Positions 39,147 through 52,888 of a stretch of 64,000 bases of DNA are shown piece after piece. The position numbers were made by a program, and so were the translations under genes. Within the stretch, counting starts at the first letter, position 1. The number at the start of each line of letters is the position of its first letter. The stretch is from Styela clava (Eukaryota), in NCBI RefSeq assembly GCF_964204865.1, contig NC_135260.1, forward strand, positions 12,710,001 to 12,774,000. The letters run 5' to 3'. Below the pieces are notes generated by a model, which saw nothing but the letters and a program-made list of their open reading frames with translations, made no database searches and was not told the DNA's origin.

Positions 39147-41053
39147 GTAGACCTACAAATTGTTTGCTAAATTGCCGTATTTTGTTGTTGTTGTTGTAAT
39201 ATAACACCTCCCCGACCCTTAAACCCAGAAAAATTTTCAATATACTTTACCATTCTGAATATTCAACTATCTGCCATAAAAAGTACTGGTAGCTAATTCT
39301 AGCTATTGGGAATTTCAATTGTATTGTCACCGGTGGCATTTTGGTGTTTACCCAATGTTACAGAAGTAAAAAAGGAAGCCGATGCTCGGAAATCATTCAT
39401 TGCGTGCGATTGTCTTTAAATACCGGTGCGAGAAGAGTCTTCTATACGGCTTTTAATAATATATTTTTTTTTGTATTCAACTAGGATCCCTGGCGAACGT
39501 AGTCCTACCCGAATTCTGTTGTGCTATTTTTTGAATATCTATCAATTTGCTACGATGCGTTTATAATGATCGCGTAAAATTTAGGCTTCACATTAAACTG
39601 CTCGAAGTTTTAAAAAGTTCTCCGCCCTTGGCGGTCGGCTATTTTAGCATACATTTTTAAGTTGATTGGCTTGTTCACATGCTCTTCATAAATTTTTATG
39701 AGAATATAGCGAACCACAAGATTTCGTTTTGAAAAAGTAGAAAGGCGAAAATTTAGGCTCAATCAGAATGAGTAAAACAAATAAATCTTTTTGGATGTAG
39801 TATCATCATGTTTTCCAAAAATAAAGACTGCAAATTCCAAATTGTCATATCTGTGTCTTGATACTTTTGTATATATATATTATTGCATGATACTATCCAT
39901 ATATGCAAAACTGGTGCCAGAAAATTTAGATTTACTTTTTTTAATCGCAGGAGTGCGTTTCTACGGATTAAATTGGGTTTGATGTCGCAGCTTTGCACTA
40001 AAATGACTTTATGGAACATTTGCAAGTGGAAACAATTGTGCGGGCATCTACCCTCATTGTTCTATAAGAATACACAATTAACTACGTTTTTTGTGATCAA
40101 TTTTACATCCTTGACCTAAACATCATGGAAATTTAAATAAATAAAATGTTTAGTAAAAATTTCAATTCGGCAGTTTCAACAACTTCTTCAAGTCTACAAG
40201 TGTATCGTTAGTGACTTCGGGCACTCCATCAGCCGCATAAGAGGGTACTACTTACGTAATAGCTAAACAAAAAATCATGCCATCGATGTGGTTACGACTA
40301 ATCAAGTAGGCCTAACACGACCGTGGATCCTTGTGAAGTCAAAGGTGATCATTGTTCAATTGCCACTTCCGGACGAAATTGTGTCCAAATAGAAACGTAG
40401 TTGTGGTGTTGAGATTTAAAATCCGCACTCATCCAAGTTGAGACTACACACCAACACTTAGAAACTGGCCAGTTAAACAAAGTTGAGCGAGCAAAACGTA
40501 CTTGTATCTTGATTTCGATGTCAGATCAGAAGAAATTGGATTTTGTGCTTCCATGGAAATAAGTTTTGTAGTTTCTTGGGATAAATTTGGTATACGTTCA
40601 ATCTTTTCTAATATGTGATGTAGGTTATTTTGCAATAAAATATAAAAATTGAGAAAAAATTTTTTTTTTAAAGCGTTGTATAACTGTGTCCGTAAATTTC
40701 CTAATCTAAATAAATAATTATGAAAAGCCGAACAGTGGACATGGAGGCGCAAATACATCTACATCTTGATGTGTAGCACCAAAAGCTATTCTTAAAAATT
40801 AAATATTTTTTCGCGTTAAATATTTTTTCGCATATTTTAGATAGATTTAAGAAAAGCTACTAATACGATATAGTCTTAAAAATATTTTTAATTAGAATCA
40901 ATGCGAGAATTATTTTTGTTTCATAAAATAAGGTGAAAATTCCAATTGATATAAAAAAGTTTTTTCAATAGTGAATTATATGATTGTAATTCTTTCAACA
41001 TATTTATGTTGATTCATTCAGCGTTTATCAATACATAAAAAAGTTACAGTAAA

Positions 41054-44000
41054 ATGAAAAATTCAAATGAATCGAAAACAAGTGATGATATTTTGGCAAT
41101 GGACTCAAACTCATCTGATATATTGTTCAAACCTCGACTAGGGTTGGGCTCGACGGATAACGAAAATATTGCTCTCCGGAGAAATCACCGGGAACTAGAA
41201 TTGCTTTGCAGAAAACAGAAAATGCTCGGAATTGAAAAAGAATATGTAATGAAAATAATTGACTTGAACTCAAAAAGTACACAGGTACACAGTATTTATT
41301 GTTTTTAATTGAATCAACATTATATATAAACACTTTGCAAATAACATGCAAAAATATATTTAACTATACAACAAAAATTGTTACATCGATTTCACATACC
41401 ACATCAAAATTTCGAGAAACTCCGAACAAATATGTAGTGAAGAAACATAAACATAATAACGTAGTCTTCCATATTTGCAAATTGAAACAGCATTCAGCTA
41501 TTTTATTTCTTGTATACGATGATTCATTAGATATTTGCTATTTTGATTTATTCGGTTATGTCTCAGTAGAAGGTAAACCGTATTAACAAGTCATCGTTTA
41601 AACAATGTAAAAGAATCCGAAGTGCTTTCGAGATCTATAACATAACGCTACTGTCCAGGTAAATTATAGAAGACTGACAAAAAAGGTGGGTCGTATCAAG
41701 TCTCATTTAACTGAAGATGAAATAAAAGAGATGGAGAACGACGTTATGAAAAAAGAATTTGCAGACAAATATAGAAAGATTTTGCATCAGGTAAGAGACT
41801 TTTTTTCTAACAGTGAAATTTTATCAACGAGAAAAAAACCTCATAGTGGGAAAAAATATGATAGAAGTAAAAATAGGTACTTTATTTTCTTTATCTCAAC
41901 AGACAATGGATGACCCAGTACAAGAAACTGGAAAAATCGAGAAGAATGGGAAAGAAAACGATGAGGTAGATAAAGATGATTCAGTTCTCCCAACGGTCGC
42001 AGAACAAGATGAAACGGACATTTCTGAAAAAGTTTACCAAACTTCAACTGAGAAGTATATTTTGATTTGATGTTTCATCAATAAAAATGCGAAATCAATA
42101 TTTCCAGCAATAAATATTTATAACCTAATGACAATATGATTAACACTATTTGCATGCAAGCAAACGATCCAATTTTATCGAAGTTTCAAATCAGTATTAT
42201 GCTTTATATGCTGAGTTAGTTTGAATAAATTTATGAAAAAATTATATAAAACTCTTTTCTTATTTATTCAGTCTTAACGAAGAATGAAATATGTTGTGAT
42301 TAGTAAAGAAATAGTTCATTTTATAACTTCCTTACAATGAGAGTAAAATCGATAATTCATTTTTGTATAAAAATCGAAAACCTTATTAAGATACTTATGT
42401 GTTCTTTATTAACAGAGGGAGGAAAAATTACAGTCAAACTTCGCAAGGTCAAAGAACATCGTCAAGCAATGATTTGTTTAACAAAGATGATACAAAAAGA
42501 CCTAAAACCTGTCCAAATTTGGGAGAGAAACCAGGTAAGTAGGCCTATGCATTGGTCCATTGAAGGCACTCTGGGTGACAATAAACTTTGATATTTTTCA
42601 TGAGGTATTTTGATTGTAAATATTTTGCGATTCTCTCTGTTACACATACACTATACCAGACACAATCCTCGAAATCCAAATTGAAGCCGACAATGTTATC
42701 GGCTGAAGCGTCGTTTGACATTTTTCATACAATAAACTTTATATATATATTGGAGATTTAAGAAAAAAAAATAAATAAATAAAAAAAAATGGAGATTTAA
42801 GATACGATAACTCGAAATACTGAGGGTGGCTGTTATCTAGCGTGAGGCAGGTTTGAAACAATTGATGTCAACAATTGATTGATCATCACATTCTTAGGCT
42901 ATATGTAATTTAACCTAAACCGATAAATAGCTTTCTGTCATTTATTCAAAATATGGATGAAGCAGTGTTGAAAAAATTTTGACAGCAGAAATTTGTAAAA
43001 AATATATTAAATATATTATTTATCATTTCCCAAATATATTTGAGAGTTGTATATTGCAGGAGACGAAGATCCTGATTCGGCCGATTTGGAGGAAATAATA
43101 CCCAGCCTTGAAAGTCTTCTCGATCAGTTGCACAATGTAAAGCCTCAACAATTTTACGAAAATCAAAGAAAACTTAAACTCTATGATATTCGATTATTAC
43201 ATGAAGAGTTAGAAGCAAAAAAGAAAACACTTTTTCGCAATGTAGATGCGATCATTAATTGGTTTGTATATTTATTTATAACTAAAAATTAAAAAAAAAT
43301 CATGATAATTATCGTTTAACATGACAACTGTTATATTTAACAATTAGCGTAGAATTTTTTTTTAAAGTTGTATAAATAAGTATTCATTTTTTTAGGGATA
43401 AGAAGAAAGATGAAGCAGCGGAAGAAGAAGAAGCGAGGAGAAAACAGGAAGAAGAAGAAAATAAGAAACCAAAAAAGAGAAGAACAACATTCATGAGATC
43501 AGTTTTACGAAACTTTTCCATGGAACTTATGATGAAGACAATGCAGCATGGCTGGACGGACTTGGGGAAATGCAGGTTAGTTGAATTTCGAAACCAAAAA
43601 TTTCCTGAAATAAGTTCAGGAAACACGGAGAGGTATTTTTACTGAAAAAAATATGGCTGAATTCAGTCAATATGCTTCATTACTGGCTGTATTTTGAACA
43701 ACCGCGCCTAATAGGAGTGAAAATTATCTCTCTACTTGTGATCAAGTAAGGTTTTTGTTTTTTTCAACCGGCTATCAACTTCATTTCGTAAGCTCATCAC
43801 GTCTAAATTCATCTCATAGCCTGAATTTAAAAACAGGTTGAGGATCTCAAAACTCCTAATAAAATGTCATAGTATCAGAAAATGTGGCGTTTTTAGTCGG
43901 TTTGATAGGATCTAGTGACAGACCCTTCGATACTCTAACGCTTACAATCCTAATTAAAAATCCGTCTAACAATGTTCGATTACGAAATTCTGCTGTATAG

Positions 44001-44276
44001 GTAATATCCGCGGTGAAGTCAACTTGATTCTACACTCATGTATTTTACAATGTTGCCATGTTTTCACATATATCCAGGTATCTGCGTAAAAGACCAGGCG
44101 ATGATGACGAAGGAGAGGGCACTAATACATTAGCAGCAGAAATGAGAATTAAGATATCACATGATGTAGATGAAGAGAATCCTCCTCCCCCTCGTCCTAA
44201 AATTGAACCAGGATTTGGGCCGGATGGGAAAATGATTAGAACGGCGGATTTGTTGGGTCTCAAGTCATACGATTAG
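41054..44276 (+). CDS. Uncharacterised charged coiled-coil protein with W-x-D-L-x-K-C-R-Y-L-R motif; possibly frameshifted
   Basis: Exons 41054-41284, 41570 (or 41659)-41790, 41903-42054, 42416-42533, 43060-43261, 43396-43576, 44079-44276, with GT-AG sites and compatible phases. Exon 2 requires either removal of a 5-bp duplication or use of the acceptor at 41658. Confidence 0.72.
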
Positions 44277-45846
44277 CAATGGGAACTAAACTAAATTAGA
44301 TTATGATAGTTAGAGCAAGATCAAATCATTAGACACATAATTTATGTACTTTTATAGTCTCAAATTGTCCCTATTATTGCAGAGGTATGAAGATTTTCCC
44401 AGGATACACTAACATTAGTACAATTTTGAATTCAAAATTTCATTTTTTTTTCTGGCATTTTATTGATTTTTCTTTTTTCAACATTCGCCAAAGTTTACCA
44501 AATGTTGCTATTATTTTTTTTAACTTTTAAATTTGAAGTTCGATGTTGCTCGCAATGGGTGGGTATTCAATTTTTACTAGGCAAAATTGTCTAAATTATA
44601 TCATTCATTAAAAAACGATCTATGCGGTATAAAATACCAAATCTTATCAGTTTTGTGTTTCAGACAAAAATACTTTCAAAGACAGTCGTTTTTTATCGTT
44701 ATACATACTTTATTTAAATGACATGTACAGTTGCTTTAACTAATAAATTAGTAATAAAACAAGATCATATTGCTATGAGAAAGCTGAAGAAGTTGGATAA
44801 TAAAATATATAAATATGTTAATACCACTATATGATTGTGTATTTCAGTTGATTTACGAACAATAATGATTCGCATAAGTCACGCGTTTAAGGATACAACT
44901 GTTTAATATTTGACCCTATTCAATCAATCAATCGTTTACTTGTCATCACAACACACAAGTATTTAGAAAACTGATATATACAGCAAATAAATATACTAAT
45001 TTTGTTAATCATGTGACAGGAGCCGCGAAGGACCTAGTGAGGTCTTCATGTAGCGACACTTACAACGCAGATACAGGTTGCATGGTATGGGAATTAACTG
45101 GATGAAGCACAACTACTGAATACCAATAGTTTCGACAGTAAATATATTTGAAACTTTACGCAGATTAACCAAAATATGCAACGACTATCTCGGATAAATT
45201 CATTGTAAAACATAAAATGGGAGGAGGCCAAAATAAAAAAAATCTAAAAAAAGGGCATTGTGGAAAAGGCAAAATGTAAAATTAAAAAAAGGCAAACAAT
45301 ACGCACGAAAATATGCATAACGAATGAACTTTTGAAGACTTGTATACCAAATACAAAGAGAGAAATTACCAGACTCTATAAGTTTACAGCGAAGACTCTA
45401 TTGCAAACAATTCCGGCATGCTATTAAAATGTCTGCAATAAAGCAAATAAAATACGACGGGTAGAAAACGATCATGAAATTTGTAAAAAAAAAACAGTAC
45501 CGGTAGATTAACTTACCGTAATAAACTATTAATGAGACGGATATTCTAGAATTGGACTAAAATAAAGAAACGCATATAGATTTAGACACATATTTTGAGC
45601 ATTACTTGCGTAATATCTACATTGATGATAAATTCAATGAGAATTTGCATTATCAGATACTCAATCACAGGGTGTTTCGTTTCGATAGTAAACTGAAATA
45701 GCAGTCAAGACGCAAAAACTGGCAAATGCGAAAACGTTAGTTTCATCTCTTTCTTATTTTTGGTGTCGAAACGAATAAAAAAATCCAGCTGCTGCCACTC
45801 ACTACAACATTTGGGCACATTAGCCTACCTAGGTGATTACTTGTTT

Positions 45847-48659
45847 TTATCGTTGAAATTCGGAAGGTTTCATAAATCCAAATAGTTCATAATCCTTTTT
45901 ATAAGTTTGATAGAGTGATTCCACTAAATTTGGGGATACGTCGGCAAAATATTTCTGCACCTTAGCATTGTCAGTGAAACTGTTGAAAGAAGGTGGAAAA
46001 GTCAGATTTTTGAATCCAAATTTATTTATTATAAAGGCCATATCGTCATCAATAGTGTCTACATGAACAATATAGTCGTATTGGATTTCACATGGGGAAC
46101 ACAGTCTATGGAAATAATTCCAGTGTTGGTCTAGTTGCGCATTCGACTTGGGGTCTACCAAATACGAAACGAAATCATTCAATGTTATAACAGGTGCACC
46201 GTCCATTTCTTCTCCGTGCCCTCCGCCATATTTTTTGTGAATGTTTTTAGCTGCACCAGCGTAACCATCACCTCTTTTATTGTTCTCCAGTTTGTTACGA
46301 TATGCAGAAAGCAGGCGACTAAATGGTTCTCGAACAATGACAACTTTGCTGTATGTACTCATTCTTCGAGCAATCTCGTCGATATTTCGTATGCGTCTTG
46401 CAGAAAGATGTTTTTCTATGAGTGAAGTAGCTCGAATTTCTGTAACAGTATCCATTTCTGACTCTTTGATGAGGTCGTCTGCTGCTGCCAGAAACTTCGC
46501 TTGACTGCGCGTGGCACATTTTGGTATTTGACAGAATAGAACCTTCAAACATTACATTTCTTTCCAAATGGTGACATACCGTACTTATAGCAAGGAGTAA
46601 TTTTCCGTAAAATGTTTTTCCTTGTCGATCAATTTATTTATTATTATTATTTCTTTTGTTAAATTCTCATAATTTGTTTATTAAATATTTATATTTCAAT
46701 ATCAACTTATATATTTGTTTTATTATTATTTGATCATTATACATAGTATAATAGAAGCCTTGAAAATGTTACCCCCCGATTTATAGGACACAAAGTAAAG
46801 GTAAAATTTCAGTTTATAAGTGGAGAAAAATGAAAAGCCGTTTTTGTTTTCAAAAATAGAGCATACTTGCAAGACGTCTTAATGGCTAAGCAAATTCGTC
46901 AGTCCAATGACATATTTTACATGAAATTGGATGCAAAATAAGATAGAATTTGAAATAACTTGCAATAGAATACACATTTTAACTAGAAAGAAAAACTTAG
47001 TTAGAAGAAATAAATGAAATCATATTGCATAAGAATAAAATGTAAATATTATGTTGTTAACGAAGGCCCTAATTTCGAATGAGTCCTCTGATCACACCTT
47101 GCTGCTACTAGCGATGGCAAAGAAATAGTTTATGTTTTGTCGTTTAAATTCCAAGCATCTTTATGTTTATAGGATATTATTTTTCCAAAAGTGTATCAGT
47201 ATCAATAATCAGTACGCAATAATTAAAGTGGCAATTATCAGACTAGATATTAATATTATAAATAACTCTTAGATACATTGTTCGAGAACAGTAGTTCCTA
47301 ATGCAAAACACTGTATTAGTAGTTAACATTAAGTTTTGTGCAAAACAGACCTGTTAATACTTCGATATTTTGTAAATGTCTCACCTTAAACTCGTCAGAA
47401 AAGAATAAGCTTGTCTTTAGGAATGGATTTTTTACATACGTCTCTTCAGAAGAGGATGGCCTATTTTTCGAATATTTACGACAAGCACTGAGCATCATTT
47501 CACGACGAAACTTCATACTTCCCTCTTGAAAAAAAAACTTTTTTAAGTAAGTGCAAGGCTCTTATATTATATAAAGCATGATGCAAATACCTGCTTGATA
47601 TGTGGTGGAATTATGGTCGAGCTGGGACCTGTAGATTTCATATCTCTCCGGGGTACCACTCTCGATTCTCTGTATATTATATAAAATGTGATTTCTTTAA
47701 TGAAATGAATCTATATCACAATAAAATTATCATAAATTAGTAGTTATTTATTTGTATCAGATAATATTTGTTTTTTATTCCGGAGAATAATTATTATTGA
47801 CGAGCATTAAACCATCTTCTCTATTATCTGTTGGTTCAGGGATATTTGAATGACTATTATCGTTCTCAAACACTGTGTGTGTACAGTGCACTATAATGCT
47901 TGTAGGCAAACCAGAAATGGTGATTCGTATAGCTTATGGTTATGGCAAATCTTAAAAGTCATAATCGCTGCAAAAATATTGATTTTTAATGGCAGTAAAG
48001 AGTGAGATAATTTATGTTAACATTCAACGAGTTCTATTCTTACGTTACTGTAACACCTACTTTAGTGACATGATTTTGGTATATATATCAGAAAAAAAAA
48101 GCAAGAGAACGAAATTTTTTTTTATACAGTGCCGGACTTGTTAACCAATGAATGGCGAAAAAAAAACGATCTACACTCAATATATTTGCATTCAAAGTTT
48201 AGCATACATTTTATTACAAAGTAAACGAATTCCTGAAAATTACTCAGAACACCTAATTTGGAGTATTGTTGCTATTGCTTATTTTCAAGATCAACTGGCT
48301 GCCGCAACTGACTATCAGTAACATTTGAGCCAAATTTTGAATAAATATTGTGTGAAGGTGTTTCCTAAATCTCATATAAATTTGCGCCCATAGATTGAAA
48401 TAAAATAAAAAAAAACAGTAAAAGTTTGGATGAATTTTTGCGTATTTCGTAAGACTGAGGAAGGAAAATAAAATGCAGAAACTTTTGAAAGTCTCGTTCA
48501 GTCTTTGGGTACGTCATATTTTGAATTGAGTGCTCTACTATTTGCGGAGAAAAAATCTCAGAATACCTTCTGTATCCGTTGAAAAGTTCGTCCGATCAAG
48601 TATAACCCCAAAAGAAGTGCAGCAGTAATCAGTAACACTTTATGTGCACGTAGTCCCAT
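45847..48659 (-). CDS. Carbohydrate sulfotransferase (Sulfotransfer_2/CHST-like), 335 aa, copy B
   Basis: Exons 48659-48567, ~47669-47591, ~47524-47385, 46542-45847. Anchor MGLRAHKVLLITAALLLGLYLIG. Catalytic exon nearly identical to copy A with no disabling changes. Confidence 0.92.
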
Positions 48660-48988
48660 AACTTTTTGCACAAAATTTCCTAGAAAATATGTTCTCGCGT
48701 ATAATATTTTTTAAACAAATCGATTTAAATATTCGTTATCTGAAAAAGATGATTTAACAAATAATAAAACTTTTGAGTGAAAATACCTGAAAAATGTCTG
48801 TTTACAGCCCCATCCAAATTGTAGTCAGTTCGTTTTAATGACAAATAGTCTAATTATTGGTCTCGAATGGTTCTTTAATATAATCTTTGGTAAGCAATGT
48901 TAGTTGGTTAATTTGTACGATACTCACCGTCAATATCAGTAGTTTCATAACTCTAAATTTCCAAATGTTTTAAATTAGATATTAGAAC

Positions 48989-50267
48989 TAGAGATGTACC
49001 GATGTATCGGTATCGGGTATCGGTATCGGCAATATCGGCCATTTTTTCGGTATCGGCCATGTATCGGTATCGGTTAGATTAAGGCCGATATTTCCGATAT
49101 ATTTACCTTTTTGATATGGTCCAGAATGTTTTGGAAGATTAGTTGGAATACTACTTTTTAATTTATTTTTTGTCTGGAGAGATTGTGAGATATGAGCCAT
49201 ACATGTCCCCACCCCCGTGAGAGAATATTCACGTGTTTTTAGCTATTTATCAGCCAAACTAGCTCAACTAATTTAGATATTTTCGCTGTCAAATTTTTAT
49301 ATTGACATTTTTAATATTACATAGTAATTATGAAGAAATATATCAACACAGCACATAACAAAAAGCAATCAGGCGCCCGGTTTTAAATCATACAGTGGAA
49401 TTGGGGTCCTTATTAACGGCACATAGACTTTTGGCACGGGTATAAATTCTGACTGTTTGTCGTCAAGTACGAGTGTCATTTAGTCCGTCGACATCGATAA
49501 ACTAAATTCCGACACAATTATCTCTCTACGCAGGTATTAATTTTAATTTTGTTTAACTACACAACTACTTTATAGATATATTGACATGACGGCCTAGCCC
49601 TAGACTGTCTCAAAATATATGATTGCAATTGTAAAATATTATAAAATCTATTTCGTTGGAAGAGATCATGTTATTTTTACTAAAAAAACCTCCTCGACGG
49701 TTATAGGTAGGCCTTCTTTTTGTTGGTGCTGATTGATATTCTTTATTCATGTTGGCTTTGACTTATTGCGTCGACGATTACGATTAGCCACGAAATACAA
49801 TATTTGTAAAATGCTTTTAATTTGAACGTAGGACGGCGGCGCTAGAATATGTGGGTGATATTCTTTTAAACACGAATAACGATATTCGAAGGTCGCGATA
49901 TTAACATTAAATTCAAATTTGACATCCAGGCTTATGAGTTTTCTAATTGAACACCGAGATTACTAGCGTTATTGTACAATGTATCTTAATCAGTTAAAGC
50001 AAACTCCAAACATTAATTTTATATTATGTGATATATCTTTTTTTTTCTTTTTGAAATAATGTGTACTATGAACAACGCTCAAAGACCATTGTTTTAACCC
50101 GTCTACCCTACACAGCACCCCTAATTAAGTAATATTTACATAGTATCGGTATCGGAATATCGGTAATATCAGCCTTCTTATAGTATCGGCGTATCGGTAT
50201 CGGCGTTTTTAGCTGGTATCGGATCGGTATCGGTATCGGCGACTAAAGTGGTATCGGTACATCTCTA
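48989..50267. mobile_element. Non-autonomous hAT element with (TATCGG)n subterminal arrays, 1279 bp
   Basis: 15-bp perfect TIR TAGAGATGTACCGAT. Perfect TSD ATTAGAAC (48981-48988 and 50268-50275). Single-copy empty site at 21071-21078 in the left arm. Confidence 0.95.
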
Positions 50268-50688
50268 ATTAGAACTCTGGGAGTCGCTGCTCGATAACCA
50301 GCTTTGGTTCCCGCGACCCAGTGAAATCGTGTAATTCTCTCGTAATTTGTGTTCGATTGATTTGTTACTAGTTGGAATAAATAAATCCGACTTGACTACA
50401 TCTTAGTAGTAGGATTAAAACTTGAAGGAAAGTCGAAGGCAGTTTTCAGTGCCGGATTTACCATTCGGAAAGGTAGGCTGAAGCCTAGGGATCTCAAGAC
50501 TCGTCATGCAGTTTTAACTACAGTATTATGCTTTCAAACAAATTCCACATACTATCTAATCCACTTGGGTGTTTAGATTTCGTATTCAGGCAATTTCCAA
50601 TTTTATTAAAGACGCCATAATGCATTTTCGGGAAATGGATCTCGATTATGACGTCATAATGGATGAAAGGAATTTGTTATATAGCCTA

Positions 50689-51447
50689 CTGTATTTCCCG
50701 ACGATTAAGTCTACCCGGTAAATAAGACGAGGCTAATATTCAATCCATAACAACTACGAGAATTCAAACAGTCTTTCAATTTCAATCTAATTGTGTTCAA
50801 CCTATCTTGAGATTGCGTCCACCATATAAGAACATTTCCATATAAGAAAACAAGAGAGCTACGCACAAATATATGGACACGTTAGACCAGAGCGAATCAG
50901 TCTTTACCGGTACCTTTGACGCTACCGGTACCCTCAAAAAAGTTCTGAATTTCCAGTAGCAAGAATTTTGCAGAATCAAAACGTACAGCCAGTCATGACA
51001 CTGACTAAAATCCTTGTTCCCATGGATAAAAAATAATACAGCAAAATTTTAGACGAAATATCAAATTTCATAGAATTCACGCAAAATTTTGAAATAAATA
51101 AAAGTAATAGCCTTCTAGCGAAGAAATTGATCTTTATCCACTGAAAATTTCAAAGCAATTGGTCCAGTATTCGAAGAGAAAAGCGATTTTTTAAAAACGT
51201 GTCAAAGAACAACAACAACAACAACATAATATTGAAACGATCGTTATGGCCACTAAACGTGTCCAATAACACGTTAAGGATGAGGACGTGGGGATGCTAT
51301 CTCCGATGCTATTTATTATTTTATGGTACGAATTGAATAATAATGCGACACCAAAAAAATTATCATACTCGCCTAATAAGACGATCCCCCCTAAACCAGG
51401 CCAAAAAATTGGGTTCAGAAAAACGACTTATTTTCCGGGAAATACGG
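50689..51447. mobile_element. Tc1/mariner-pogo-like MITE (nested)
   Basis: TA|CTGTATTTCCCG and CGGGAAATACGG|TA termini with TA on both sides, plus AATAAGACGA subterminal motifs. Confidence 0.7.
50849..51270 (+). mobile_element. HINE-like family 2 copy (innermost nested element)
   Basis: AACAAGAGAGCTACG start, inverted repeat TGGACACGTT (50874) and AACGTGTCCA (51256), (AAC)n tract at ~51208-51225. Confidence 0.65.
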
Positions 51448-52692
51448 TAATTGTTAAAGGGGATCTCACAAATCGCATAGCATAGGCCTATGGGCCTCTC
51501 TGTCATCGTCTTAATCCGGCCCTGGCGGTAAATATATACTTGGAATGGAAAATGAGTTTTAGATCACTATGCAGCGTACTAAATACGATTTCATTAAAAA
51601 AATTTCTTACTTTTTCGTTTACCTTAGAGATATCTCATTTTTTCGGCAACGACGTACGTACGTTTGCATTACGCACAAAAGATTTCATAGGTAATCTAAC
51701 CAATATTTTGAAACAGTCACTTGTATGAAATTAAGCAATCGAATACTACTATATGCTCGGCGATTTTTTTTTTCACGGACAATACTGGATACGATTTTCG
51801 ATTATGGTCTACAATTTGGTACTACCAGTAGTCAAAGAGAAACGCGATTTTTTAACAATAAAACTATAAAAAAGAAGAATTCTAGCAATAGCAAATGAAC
51901 AAAACGATCCCTAGGTCCGCTTCGTATTTAATTACCATTTGCTTTTCCATAAAAGAATGTGCAAATTTCAACTGGTATAGACTGCTAAAAAACGCTTCCC
52001 TGATACCTTTATAGATTACCAAATCTGATACGGACGCGAAATCGCAATCTTGAGACGCAAAATCCTGAATGCTATACTTCAAGATTCTACTATTTCAAAG
52101 GTATATATATAGTCAACTGAATCCAATCTTAGCTCTTAGTTATTTGTTCTTAAATGTAATGTCGGTTACCTCAAATTACCCTATAAATTGGTCTGTTAGC
52201 TTTTTTAGTCAACTGAGTTTTATTTTATTACCTCGTGCTTGACTCAGAAAGAGATGGTTAAATCCAATTTATGACATACGTCCGGGTACATAAAAATTTC
52301 ATAGGTGAAGATGGTAACAACACTAAAGATTGTATAATATGTTACATTTCTTATACGCCCTACCTATTGGTTTTTGCCAATAGCTGCCAATTTCATTTTG
52401 TAAAGTCATCATGCTCAAATTTAGCTCATACCCTGAATTCAAAGACAAGTTAATAATCTCAAAATTTCAAAACTCTGATATAATGTCATAGTACCAAAAA
52501 ACATGACATGTTACATTAGTAGGCTGGGCATGGCCTAATGTTCTACCCCGTCGAAGCGTTAGTGCTTCGGGCCCTAATTAACTTGCAATTTTCATCTATT
52601 ATATTCTGTTGTAGGTAATATCCGCGGTGAAGTCAACTTCATTCTACACTCATGTATTTTACGATGTTTCCATATTCTCACATTTTATCCAG

Positions 52693-52888
52693 GTATCTGC
52701 GTAAAAGACCGGGCGGTGATGACGAAGGAGAAAGCACTAATACATTAGCAGCAGAAATGAAAATTAAGATCACATGGGGTAAATAAAGAGAACCCTTCAC
52801 CCCTTGTTCTAAAATTGAACTAGGATTTGCGCCGGATGGAAAAGTGATCAGAACGGCGGATTTGTTGGGTTTTGTGTCACACGATTAG
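52693..52888 (+). pseudogene. Third, degenerate copy of the coiled-coil gene terminal exon
   Basis: tccag|GTATCTGCGTAAAAGACCGGGC... homologous to 44079-44276 with small deletions. Flanking intron (52410-52690) and part of the 3' UTR (to ~53090) were co-duplicated. Confidence 0.85.

Larger units (their letters stand above)
50447..51524. mobile_element. hAT-like MITE hosting nested insertions
   Basis: Ends CAGTGCCGGATTTA and TTAATCCGGCCCTG, with GCCTA(G/T)GG subterminal motifs. TSD not preserved. Confidence 0.65.
44000..52310 (-). repeat. Right arm of inverted segmental duplication
   Basis: Reverse-complement homology to 25880-17088, interrupted by arm-specific elements at 48989-50267 and ~50318-51500. 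Confidence 0.85.

Noticed and set aside
39759-40758. Short ORFs upstream of the coiled-coil gene
   Set aside because: AT-rich composition with no motifs or splice support; probably promoter and 5' UTR sequence.
49000-49100. ORF 48988-49212 with DTDT/PIP repeats
   Set aside because: Translation of the (TATCGG)n subterminal array of a hAT element.
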